In this document: piece after piece, positions 38,002-46,631 of the stretch | Numbering within the stretch: the first letter of the stretch is position 1 | Layout: each line of letters begins with the position of its first letter | Assembly (NCBI GenBank): GCA_020696395.1 | Contig: JAEHCN010000002.1 | Span: forward strand, 1 to 50,906 | Origin: Thermoplasmata archaeon | GTDB lineage: Archaea; Thermoplasmatota; Thermoplasmata; UBA10834 | Length of the DNA stretch: 50,906 nucleotides | Direction of reading: 5' to 3' | Program-made: the position numbers and the translations under genes | The notes under the pieces: generated by a model | What the model was told of the DNA's origin: nothing | The model's input: only the letters and a program-made list of their open reading frames with translations | Database searches by the model: none

Positions 38002-39255
38002 ATGGGCAAGACCATTGCGGAGAAGATACTCTCGGGCAAATCCGGAAAGGACCTCGAGGCCGGAGACATCACGGAGGCGGAGGTCGATTATGTCATGGTC
38101 AACGACGTCACCGGACCTGCGGCCTTCGACGAGTTCGAAAGGCTCTGCACACCGTTGCTGAGGGACAAGGTGGTCCTGATACCCGACCACTACGTACCCA
38201 ACAAGGACGTGGCGTCGGCCAAACAGGCGAAGAAGATGAGGGATTTCGCCATGAAACACGAGGTGACGAACTACTTCGAGGTCGGCTCTGGAGGAGTGTG
38301 CCACCAGGTAATGATCGAGCAGGGGTTCGCCGCGCCTGGAAGGCTGATAGTCGGCGCGGACTCGCACACGTGCTCATACGGCGCGCTCGGCGCGTTCTCC
38401 ACGGGTATAGGCAGTACCGAGGCTGCGACCGTGTTCGCGAGGGGGGTCCTGTGGCTCAAAGTACCAGATTCGATGAGACTCTCGGTCCACGGCGACCTTA
38501 ACCCGTTCGTCATGGGCAAAGACATCATCCTCACGATAATCGGAGACATCGGAGTGGAGGGCGCTCTGTACCGATCCATGGAAGTGGCCGGTGAGACGGT
38601 TTCGTCCCTTTCTCTATCAGACAGGATAACCATCGCCAACATGGGCATAGAGGCAGGAGCGAAGGCGTGCATCACCCCGCCCGACAAGACGGTGGAAGAC
38701 TATCTCTCGGGAAGGGTCCGAGGGGATTACGGACACGTGCTGGCGGATGACGATGCGAGCTACGTGGAATCCAGGGAGTACGATGCCTCGGAGATCGTAC
38801 CAGTCGTCGCCAAGCCTCACCTACCGAGCAATGTGGCACCGGCAGGCGAGGTGGGCGTGGAGATCGACCAGGCATACCTCGGGTCGTGCACCAACGGGAG
38901 GATAGAGGACCTTAGGGCCGCCGCTCGGATCATAAAGGGTAGGAAGGTGCTCAGAGGAGTCCGGATGATCGTGGTCCCTGCGACGAACAATGTGCTGGAA
39001 CAGGCCATCGACGAAGGGTTGGTCAAGATCTTCATGGATGCTGGGGCGTTCATCTCAGGGCCGACCTGCGGGGCCTGCCTGGGAGGATACATGGGCGTCC
39101 TCGCCCCCGGCGAGAGATGTGTCAGCAGCACGAACCGCAACTTCGTGGGCCGCATGGGCGACAAGGACTCAGAGGTCTATCTCGCCAATCCAGCGGTGGT
39201 CGCGGCGAGCGCGGTGGCCGGGAGGATAGTCGACCCGTCGGAGGTGATGGGATGA
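38002..39255 (+). CDS. leuC: 3-isopropylmalate dehydratase large subunit
   Basis: GKTIAEKIL, PDH, GVCHQ, GADSHTC, GSCTNGR and CGACLG..STNRNF. Confidence 0.92.
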   Translation: MGKTIAEKILSGKSGKDLEAGDITEAEVDYVMVNDVTGPAAFDEFERLCTPLLRDKVVLIPDHYVPNKDVASAKQAKKMRDFAMKHEVTNYFEVGSGGVCHQVMIEQGFAAPGRLIVGADSHTCSYGALGAFSTGIGSTEAATVFARGVLWLKVPDSMRLSVHGDLNPFVMGKDIILTIIGDIGVEGALYRSMEVAGETVSSLSLSDRITIANMGIEAGAKACITPPDKTVEDYLSGRVRGDYGHVLADDDASYVESREYDASEIVPVVAKPHLPSNVAPAGEVGVEIDQAYLGSCTNGRIEDLRAAARIIKGRKVLRGVRMIVVPATNNVLEQAIDEGLVKIFMDAGAFISGPTCGACLGGYMGVLAPGERCVSSTNRNFVGRMGDKDSEVYLANPAVVAASAVAGRIVDPSEVMG

Positions 39256-39749
39256 CCGAAACCACGGAAGGCCGAATCTGGCGCTTCGGAGACAACGTGG
39301 ACACCGACCAGATAATCCCGGCGGAGTACCTCGTCACGATGGACAACTCCGAGCTGGCAAGGCACGCGTTCGCGAAGGTGCGTCCAGGGATGGCCGAAAA
39401 GATGATGCAGGGCGATGTCGTTGTCGCCGGCAGGAACTTCGGCTGCGGTTCCAGCCGGGAGCACGCCCCCAGGGCGCTTCTCGGAGCAGGTGTTTCCTGC
39501 GTCGTCGCTGAGTCCTTCGCTCGCATATTCTTCCGAAATGCGATCAACATCGGGCTCCCGGTGATCGAGGCATCCGTCGAGGCGGCCGAGGGTGAGACGA
39601 TATCAGTCAATCTCGAATCTGGTAGGATCGTCGTCGGATCGAACGGGAAGCAGTACCAGTTCAAGAGCTACCCAGCGTTCATCACGATGCTCGTCAAGAA
39701 GGGTGGACTCATGCCGTACACGAAGGAGATGCTGCAGTGTCGAAAATAG
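39252..39749 (+). CDS. leuD: 3-isopropylmalate dehydratase small subunit
   Basis: GDNVDTDQIIPAEYLV, NFGCGSSREHA and FARIFFRNAINIGLP. ATGA overlap with the leuC stop. Confidence 0.92.
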   Translation: MTETTEGRIWRFGDNVDTDQIIPAEYLVTMDNSELARHAFAKVRPGMAEKMMQGDVVVAGRNFGCGSSREHAPRALLGAGVSCVVAESFARIFFRNAINIGLPVIEASVEAAEGETISVNLESGRIVVGSNGKQYQFKSYPAFITMLVKKGGLMPYTKEMLQCRK

Positions 39750-40864
39750 CGGTGATACCGGGGGACGGGATAGGTCCTGAGGTCACGAGAGAGGCGCTTC
39801 GGGTCCTCGACGAGGTCGCTCGGGGCGACTCCATCTCGCTCGAGTTCGAAGAGTTTCCGCTAGGTGCGGCGCATTACCTGGAGACCGAGGAGGTGCTGCC
39901 GGACGAGACGCTCGAGCGTCTGGAGGAGAAGGACGCGGTGCTGCTGGGGGCGCTCGGAGACCCGCGTGTCAAGCCTGGAGTGCTCGAGAAGGGCATCCTG
40001 CTGCGTCTCAGATTCCACTTCGACCAGTTCGTAAACCTGAGGCCGGTCAAGCTGTATGACGGCATACCGTCCGCGTTGTCCGGAGACAGGCGCGGCGTCA
40101 ACATGTGGTTCGTCAGGGAGAACACGGAGGATTTCTACGTCGGCCTGGGGGGAAGGGTCACCCGGGGCGCGTCCAGGAGCGACCTCGTCCTCAAGAGGAA
40201 GGCATACGAGGCCAAGTTCGACATCGGGATAGACCTCAAGGACGAGGAGGAGATGGCGTATCAGATCGGGGTCATCACGAGAGGCGGCGCGCGACGGGTG
40301 CTGGATTACGCGTTCGGCCTCGCGAAATCGAAGGACCTTGACTTAGTGACGTCGGTTGACAAGGCGAATGTGTTGACGGAGATGTACGGCCTCTGGAGGG
40401 AGGAGGTCGCCGAGGCTTCGGCGCGTCACGGCGTGCCGAGCGAGTTCCAGTACGTCGATGCCGTCGCGCTTCATATGATAAGGAACCCGGAAAGATTCAA
40501 GCTCCTCGTGACGCCGAACCTGTTCGGAGACATCCTTACGGACCTGGGAGCCGCCCTTCAGGGCGGGCTCGGGTTCGCGCCATCGGGCAACATCAACCCT
40601 GATGGTGTCAGCATGTTCGAGCCGGTCCACGGCTCTGCACCTGACATAGCGGGCCTGGGGCTCGCCAACCCGGTGGGCGCCATCCTGTCGTCCGCACTGA
40701 TGCTCGATACGCTCGGACATAGCGATGCGGCAGCAAAGGTCGAGGAGGCCGTGCAGGATGTGCTACGCGATGGAGAGCATGGTACGCCGGACATCGGCGG
40801 GACCACATCCACATCGAAGATGGGGGATGCGGTCGTCGAGAGGTTGGCGGGAACGAGTCGTTGA
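39737..40864 (+). CDS. leuB: 3-isopropylmalate dehydrogenase
   Basis: IPGDGIGPEV, EKGILLRLR..NLRP, VRENTE, VDKANV, NLFGDILTD and FEPVHGSAPDIAG. Confidence 0.9.
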   Translation: MSKIAVIPGDGIGPEVTREALRVLDEVARGDSISLEFEEFPLGAAHYLETEEVLPDETLERLEEKDAVLLGALGDPRVKPGVLEKGILLRLRFHFDQFVNLRPVKLYDGIPSALSGDRRGVNMWFVRENTEDFYVGLGGRVTRGASRSDLVLKRKAYEAKFDIGIDLKDEEEMAYQIGVITRGGARRVLDYAFGLAKSKDLDLVTSVDKANVLTEMYGLWREEVAEASARHGVPSEFQYVDAVALHMIRNPERFKLLVTPNLFGDILTDLGAALQGGLGFAPSGNINPDGVSMFEPVHGSAPDIAGLGLANPVGAILSSALMLDTLGHSDAAAKVEEAVQDVLRDGEHGTPDIGGTTSTSKMGDAVVERLAGTSR

Positions 40865-40898
40865 AATATGGGGAAGGAAATCGGAGAGTGGGGATAAG

Positions 40899-42077
40899 AT
40901 GAAAGCGTTGGTTATAGGAGCATCTGGACAGATTGGAGCAATGACAGTAAGGGACCTCGTCGACTACTACAAGGCCGACGTGGTCGCCGCCGACCTGAAC
41001 CTGGCTAAGGTGAAGAATGTCGCCAAGTCGACGAACCCGAACAGGGTGACGCCGGTCCGTTTGGATGCCTCCGACGAGAGAGCGTTGTCAAAGGCTTTGA
41101 AGAATGTTGACGTCGTACTCAACTCAGCGTGGTACGAGCTGAACATGATGATCATGCCGGCTGCGATCAAAGCGGGCGTGCACTACACGGACCTCGGGGG
41201 ATTCTACGACATCACCCTCAAGCAGCTCAAGCTGAACAAGAAGGCAAAGGATGCTGGAATCACGTGCGTGCTCGGCATAGGCAGCACACCAGGAGTGACG
41301 AACGTTTGCGGCGCCGCCGGAGCGAACAAGCTCGATTCGGTCGACGCCATATCCATATACTGCACATGGGGGACCAAGAAGAAGGCGACGGAGGCGGGAA
41401 TGCCCGGATATTCCATAAGGACGGTCATCGACGAGATGACCCAGGAGCCGGGCATTGTGGATAAGGGCAAGAAGATGAAGGTGCCCATCATGTCCGGGGA
41501 GACCTCGGTCGTCATGCCCGAGCCCGCGGGTAAGGTCACGGCGTACTACATCAAGCACTCCGAGCCCGCGACGATGGCAGACTACATCGGCAAAGGGACG
41601 AAGCACGTGAGCTTCAGGATAGGGTTCCCGGAAGTCGATTTCGCCTCATTCAAGACGCTGGCCGAGCTGGGCTTCGGCAGCGAGAAGAAGCTCGATGTCG
41701 GCGGGTGCAAGTGCTCGCCGAAGGATTACATCACCGCGATGTACACAGACGCTGTCTCAAGCGCAAGGCGTTCGAGCGATGTGGTGGACGAGTTCGACTA
41801 TCTCAGGACGGATGTGACCGGCAAGAAGGACGGCCTCCCGGCGATGTGCACGCTGTTCGTGCGCACCTGGAACGACCGGAAGACCGGGCTGTCATCGGGG
41901 AGGGACACTTCGGTCCCGCCATCTATAACGGCGGATTGGCTCACGAAAGGCAAAATCAAGGAGACGGGGGTGCTTCCTCCCGAGGCGTGCCTGGACCCGG
42001 AGCCCTTCTTCAAGGAGCTGGGGAAGCGGAAGATACTCGTCGACGAGGAGCTGCAGGTGTCCTCGAAGTTCTACTAG
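40899..42077 (+). CDS. Saccharopine dehydrogenase-family oxidoreductase (lysine 6-dehydrogenase/carboxynorspermidine dehydrogenase-like)
   Basis: IGASGQIG Rossmann motif, HYTDLGG, GIGSTPGVTN, HSEP and GVLPPE. ATG 40899 chosen as start. Confidence 0.85.
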   Translation: MKALVIGASGQIGAMTVRDLVDYYKADVVAADLNLAKVKNVAKSTNPNRVTPVRLDASDERALSKALKNVDVVLNSAWYELNMMIMPAAIKAGVHYTDLGGFYDITLKQLKLNKKAKDAGITCVLGIGSTPGVTNVCGAAGANKLDSVDAISIYCTWGTKKKATEAGMPGYSIRTVIDEMTQEPGIVDKGKKMKVPIMSGETSVVMPEPAGKVTAYYIKHSEPATMADYIGKGTKHVSFRIGFPEVDFASFKTLAELGFGSEKKLDVGGCKCSPKDYITAMYTDAVSSARRSSDVVDEFDYLRTDVTGKKDGLPAMCTLFVRTWNDRKTGLSSGRDTSVPPSITADWLTKGKIKETGVLPPEACLDPEPFFKELGKRKILVDEELQVSSKFY

Positions 42078-42289
42078 GCGGACATGGTAGGCGACTCGAA
42101 CGCGCCATCCGCGAACACGTCCGGCGCTAGAGTTCAGAGCAAAGTCCCACCCACGGTGCTGCGAGCGGCATGCTACGGGAGAGGCAAACGAGCGCCGATG
42201 TAACGTCGTACGTGGTGAGTGGTGATTTGCGCATAGTTATAAGTAGGGATAAGCCGATTTGAACCAAATCAGAGCATAGAGGTGATGGG

Positions 42290-43738
42290 ATGTCGCAGCA
42301 AGTTGTTCCTCTGTCGAATGAGAAGTCTATCGAGATCGGCGAGTTTCTGACAAACAACGTGTCGAGGGCGGTAGTGTTCGCACTGCTCCACAAACAGCCT
42401 TTGACGAGACGCGAGATAGAGAGAAGCCCACTGACGGACTCCATGAGAAGGTTGTCCTTGAGCGCCCAGACGAGGAAGCTCAAGGACAAGAGCCAGATCC
42501 AGATGCGGACACTTCTCTCGAAGGGTGTCGACTGCGGGGCCTTGGTGACGGTCAACTCCAAGAGGCAGAACTACTACTTCCTCAACTCCGACCTGAGGAT
42601 CGAGCCCGCGCCCATACGAGGCTCGATCGACGATGAGGAGGACGTCTCGCTCAAGGTGCACCTCGACCGCTCGTTCGCCCACTCGCCCGGGCAGGCGCTC
42701 CTCCCGTCGTGGGGGACGGCGGCAGACCATACAGTCCTTCCTGTACCGTTCATCGACACACCGAAATCACTCGTACTGTGGATGAGCTGGCTGACCACCA
42801 AGACGAGGAGACAGATCCTGGACTACATCAGTCACAACGGGGCGGTGACGAGGCCGAAGCTGAGGTCGGACCTCGGTTTCTGGGCCGACAGGATAGTCGC
42901 CAAGGAGGGACTGCCAGCTGGTGTCCTGGAGAAGATCGACGGTCGCATCCGCTATCAGTTCTCCACGTTCTCCTTCAGCAAGTTGAAAGTCAGGGAGGAA
43001 GGGGACGGTGACAAGAAACGCTCATGGACCGCATTCCCGCCGTCCTTCTGGCTGACGAGGACCTATGAGCCGATTCGCTGCGTGACCGGTGCTTCGAAGT
43101 TCATAGGCGATGGGAAGCCAGACGTGACACCGATGGCGGTGTTGGAGGAGCTCGCCAAGGAGAACCCCACCATCGTCGACAGGAACCGCAAGGAGTTCCT
43201 CGAAGTCAACTTTCTCGAGCGGATGAGCTTCTATGCCGAGTATCATTCTGGAGGAGACCCAGCCGTCAAGATATCTGCAGATGCGCTAGTCCCCGAGAAG
43301 GTGGCATTCAACTCGCCCGACCATCCGCTCGTGTGGATATCCACGACCGACGAGGAGGACGCCGGAGCCAGGATGGATTTCAAGCAGGAGGCCGCTCTGA
43401 TGCTGCGCTCCAAGAAGACCCTGGACGAGCAGATGAGGTATCTCGAGTCCATGCTGGAGAAGCTGGCGACAGACAGAATAGGCGCACGGCTGGAGGAGCA
43501 CGAGAAGCTTCTCGCGAAGGGTCTGGACAAGCTCAGAGCCAAATCGTTCAGCCTCGGCCCGGACTCCATCTCCGCTGTGGCGAACCTTGAGGTGGACAGG
43601 GAATCAATACAGCTGGAGAAGGAACACTTCGAGAAGTTCATGGAGATACTCATCCCCGGCTCGGTCAAGCGGAAGAAGAAGGCAGCGCCGGCTGTCGACG
43701 ACTCCAGGGGCGGGGACGATACAGATACGAAGGGATGA
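42290..43738 (+). CDS. Hypothetical protein, possibly two winged-HTH modules plus a C-terminal coiled coil
   Basis: AGGTGA RBS and TTATAA at about 42237; segments RAVVFALLHKQPLTRREI and TRRQILDYISHNGAVTRPKLRSDL; heptad-like C-terminus. Confidence 0.75.
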   Translation: MSQQVVPLSNEKSIEIGEFLTNNVSRAVVFALLHKQPLTRREIERSPLTDSMRRLSLSAQTRKLKDKSQIQMRTLLSKGVDCGALVTVNSKRQNYYFLNSDLRIEPAPIRGSIDDEEDVSLKVHLDRSFAHSPGQALLPSWGTAADHTVLPVPFIDTPKSLVLWMSWLTTKTRRQILDYISHNGAVTRPKLRSDLGFWADRIVAKEGLPAGVLEKIDGRIRYQFSTFSFSKLKVREEGDGDKKRSWTAFPPSFWLTRTYEPIRCVTGASKFIGDGKPDVTPMAVLEELAKENPTIVDRNRKEFLEVNFLERMSFYAEYHSGGDPAVKISADALVPEKVAFNSPDHPLVWISTTDEEDAGARMDFKQEAALMLRSKKTLDEQMRYLESMLEKLATDRIGARLEEHEKLLAKGLDKLRAKSFSLGPDSISAVANLEVDRESIQLEKEHFEKFMEILIPGSVKRKKKAAPAVDDSRGGDDTDTKG

Positions 43739-43801
43739 ACCAAGAGTTTTCCGGAGGTCAGATGGAAGAACTCGCTGACCTCCGCATCCGCACCGTGAAG
43801 C

Positions 43802-44269
43802 TCACTTGGGGAACTTCACGTCTAGGCGGATTCCTTCCTGCGCCTCAAGCTTGTCGAGGTCCGACCTGCTGACCGCGATCTCGCGTGGATGTAGGTTCGA
43901 GTCCGACTCGATCTGCATCTTCGCCTCGTGGTCCCTGTGCCGCAGCATCACATGTTCCCCGGACTTCGCGCCCTGCCTCCTCAGCAGGTCCTCGTGTATC
44001 CGGACCATGCCCGACTTCAGGTCTGATGACGTCTTTGTCCTCAACATCTTGGTCGAAAGATACGCTCCAGACAACGAAGTGCTCTCCTTTCGGAGCTCGT
44101 CTGCTACCCGCCGCCTCAGCTCTTCCGAGGAGACATCTCCCTTCGGCTCGACCTCCTGCGCGACTCTCTTCGCAACCTCGGGAGAGGCACCTGCTCTTTG
44201 GACCGACTTCTCGAGCTTCTGCCTGTCGAACTCCTCAGATTCTCCGGAGCGCTTTCTCACCTTCGCCAA
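43802..44269 (-). CDS. ATP-cone domain protein with a C-terminal double-psi-barrel-like domain
   Basis: KVRKRSGESEEFDRQKLEKSV..VSSEELRRRV (ATP cone). TTG start after GGAGGTGA. Confidence 0.75.
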   Translation of the reverse strand: MAKVRKRSGESEEFDRQKLEKSVQRAGASPEVAKRVAQEVEPKGDVSSEELRRRVADELRKESTSLSGAYLSTKMLRTKTSSDLKSGMVRIHEDLLRRQGAKSGEHVMLRHRDHEAKMQIESDSNLHPREIAVSRSDLDKLEAQEGIRLDVKFPK

Positions 44270-44419
44270 TTCCTCACCTCCCACGATAGTCATGTCGGCT
44301 CGTGGCTGATAGTTCTTTCGGCGAGAGCCAGACTTTTTAATACTGCATTTATGAATAAAATGATGAGCTTAAGCTGGGAATTACGTTCGTTAAGTGTCCT
44401 GCGTCATGCGACCCGCGCA

Positions 44420-45296
44420 TCAGCCAAGCGACTTGCATGGCAGACAGTACGCGTCGATCACTGTATCCCATCCCGACTGCTCGGCGAAGTCCAGACCGAC
44501 GGTGCCGTAGGCTCTCAGGAGAGTGTCCCACTAAGCAGCATAGATACCATGCCCCGGAGGGGCGAACACAGACAGGCCGTTCATCCTGTCGCGCAGCCTC
44601 GCGCTCGCCCAACTGTGCTCGATGGCATCACAGGTGGATTGAATGACTTCGTTGCACGCGTCGATATCGACTATATCGAACCTCTTCCCCGTCTCAGAAT
44701 ACGACGAATCCAACGCGCTTCCGAGGCCGTCTACGGGCATCCAAGGACGGTTGGGTTCGCCCTCGTCGACACAAAGACCCATGTAGCCCAGTCCCTGGCT
44801 AAGCAGCATCAGCATGTACCTGTCAGATTCAAGGGCCGGATCCGTCAGGGTGTACGTCATGAAATCGCTCAGGACGTCGGGAGACGACGAGTTGGCCTCC
44901 TCCGAGTAGCGGTTGATTTCCGTCCATCCCTCCTCCGTCAAAGTGCTCAGGTTCGCAGGGAGGGACGAACGGTCTATGAAGACGCTCAAGGCAACATCCT
45001 CGCGGTTCCGCAACGATTGCATCCAGATGCTGATGAACGTGTCCGTGTCAGGATCGAGATTGTTGTCGCCAGCCCAATATATCGCGATCGTCCAGTCCCT
45101 GATGCCATCGACGGGTGTAGCGGCTTACACGGTCTCCAACCGCGCATCCTCAGAAGTGCTTGCGGAACGCATCCCCGAAGAGAACTCATCGGACCTCCAA
45201 TCACACTTGCCACCGAGTATTCCGCCTAGTCCGGAGGAGAGCAGCACCGCCGTCACCGCTTAGAATGGACAGGCACCTGAGAGCCTCAGCATTCAA
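44420..45296 (-). pseudogene. Decayed clostripain-family protease
   Basis: WTIAIYWAGDNNL, DIDACN and LDFAEQSGWDTVIDAY align with 637..1803. In-frame TAA (45125-45127) and TAG (44531-44533), a frameshift in the signal peptide, and an internal deletion. Confidence 0.85.
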
Positions 45297-45454
45297 TCCC
45301 CCCGACGGGAGCCTCAGCCTGAGACCACAGGCCCCCTGAGGGACATAGGTTCCAGACAGATCATCCTTGCGCTCGTGACTGATGCTAGCACGTTGCCCAC
45401 CCAGGCGTAGTACACCCGAACGATTAATGTAAGGAAGTGTGCGTTCAGTGTCCA

Positions 45455-46579
45455 ATGTTCCCCAACAGGGTGGCGTCGCTCCAGTTCTCCGGGATACGAA
45501 AGCTGTTCGAGGCAGCGCCTCCAGGGGCGATCAACCTCGGCCTGGGCGAGCCGGATATGCAGCCCCCGAAGGAGATGATCGAGGCGTTCAAGGACGCCCT
45601 GGACCGCGGGATGAACAAGTACGGTCCTAGCGCGGGGATTCCGGAGCTGAGGAAGGCGATAGCTGAGAACCTCAAGAGCTACAGAAGGGACGTCCTGGTC
45701 GAGAACATCATCATAACTGCCGGAGCGACGGAAGGCATGAGGATCGCTTGCGATACCATCCTCGGAAAAGGGGACGAAGCGCTGATCCCGAACCCGGGCT
45801 TCATCATATACGGTCCGGACGTGACCCTTGCAGGCGGAACGCCTGTCGAATACTCGCTCAGCCAGGAGAACAGCTTCTGGCCGGATCCGGACGAGATCCA
45901 GGAACTCGTGACTCCGAACACCAAGGCGATCGTGATTAACAGTCCGTCGAACCCGACAGGGGCCGTGTTCCCCGAGCACGTCGTCAAGGCGATCTGCGAC
46001 ATCGCGTCCGATAGGGATCTGTACATCCTGTCGGACGAGGTGTACCACAGCTTCGTCTACGAAGGCAAACACGTGTCCTTCGCACGCTTCCACGACGACA
46101 CGATAATAGTCAACTCGTTCTCCAAATCCCTCGCGACCACGGGATGGAGGATAGGATACGTCGCGACGTCCAAGGAGATCGTCGAGCAGCTGGCGAAGGT
46201 GCAGTACTACACGCTAGCCTGCCCGCCTACGGCCACCCAGCATGCGGTTCTCGCAGGGATGAAGATACGCAAGAGGTTCAGGGAGAGCATGCTGTCTGAA
46301 TTCAGGACGAGGCGAGACCTGATGATGAGGAAGCTGTCCGAGATCCCGTCGTTCCGGACGCCGCCTGTTGACGGCGCGTTCTATGTTTTCCCCAGATACT
46401 CACAGGAAACATCCTCGGACGAGTTCGCGCAGAGGTTGCTCAAGGCGGGCGTCATATGCGCTCCAGGGTCTGCGTTCGGCACGCGCGGAGAGGGACACCT
46501 GAGATTCTCGTACGCCAACTCGCAGGAGAACATCGAGAGGGGGCTGGAGATAGTGTCCGAGGTGGCGGAGACACTGTGA
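45455..46579 (+). CDS. PLP-dependent class I/II aminotransferase (aspartate/aromatic type)
   Basis: INLGLGEPD, NSPSNPTG, SDEVY, SFSKSLATTGWRIGY and LRFSYA. Confidence 0.93.
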   Translation: MFPNRVASLQFSGIRKLFEAAPPGAINLGLGEPDMQPPKEMIEAFKDALDRGMNKYGPSAGIPELRKAIAENLKSYRRDVLVENIIITAGATEGMRIACDTILGKGDEALIPNPGFIIYGPDVTLAGGTPVEYSLSQENSFWPDPDEIQELVTPNTKAIVINSPSNPTGAVFPEHVVKAICDIASDRDLYILSDEVYHSFVYEGKHVSFARFHDDTIIVNSFSKSLATTGWRIGYVATSKEIVEQLAKVQYYTLACPPTATQHAVLAGMKIRKRFRESMLSEFRTRRDLMMRKLSEIPSFRTPPVDGAFYVFPRYSQETSSDEFAQRLLKAGVICAPGSAFGTRGEGHLRFSYANSQENIERGLEIVSEVAETL

Positions 46580-46631
46580 GCCAGCACTCGATACCAGCAG
46601 ATTTATATTACGCTCATTATCTTTAGGATGC

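Noticed and set aside
36318..42077. Reading the cluster as an alpha-aminoadipate lysine pathway (homocitrate synthase, homoaconitase, homoisocitrate dehydrogenase, saccharopine dehydrogenase)
   Set aside because: The synthase has the C-terminal LeuA-type regulatory domain, the small subunit has YLV rather than the YLR of homoaconitases, the dehydrogenase has an IPMDH-like E.G.LL.LR motif, and the leader is Leu-rich.
44531..44533. In-frame TAG as pyrrolysine readthrough
   Set aside because: The same gene also has a TAA, a frameshift, a deletion and a lost catalytic His. Neither MttB uses amber, and no pyl genes are in the window.
44198..45229. 343-aa + strand ORF
   Set aside because: It is antisense to the clostripain pseudogene and the ATP-cone gene and has no protein-like features.
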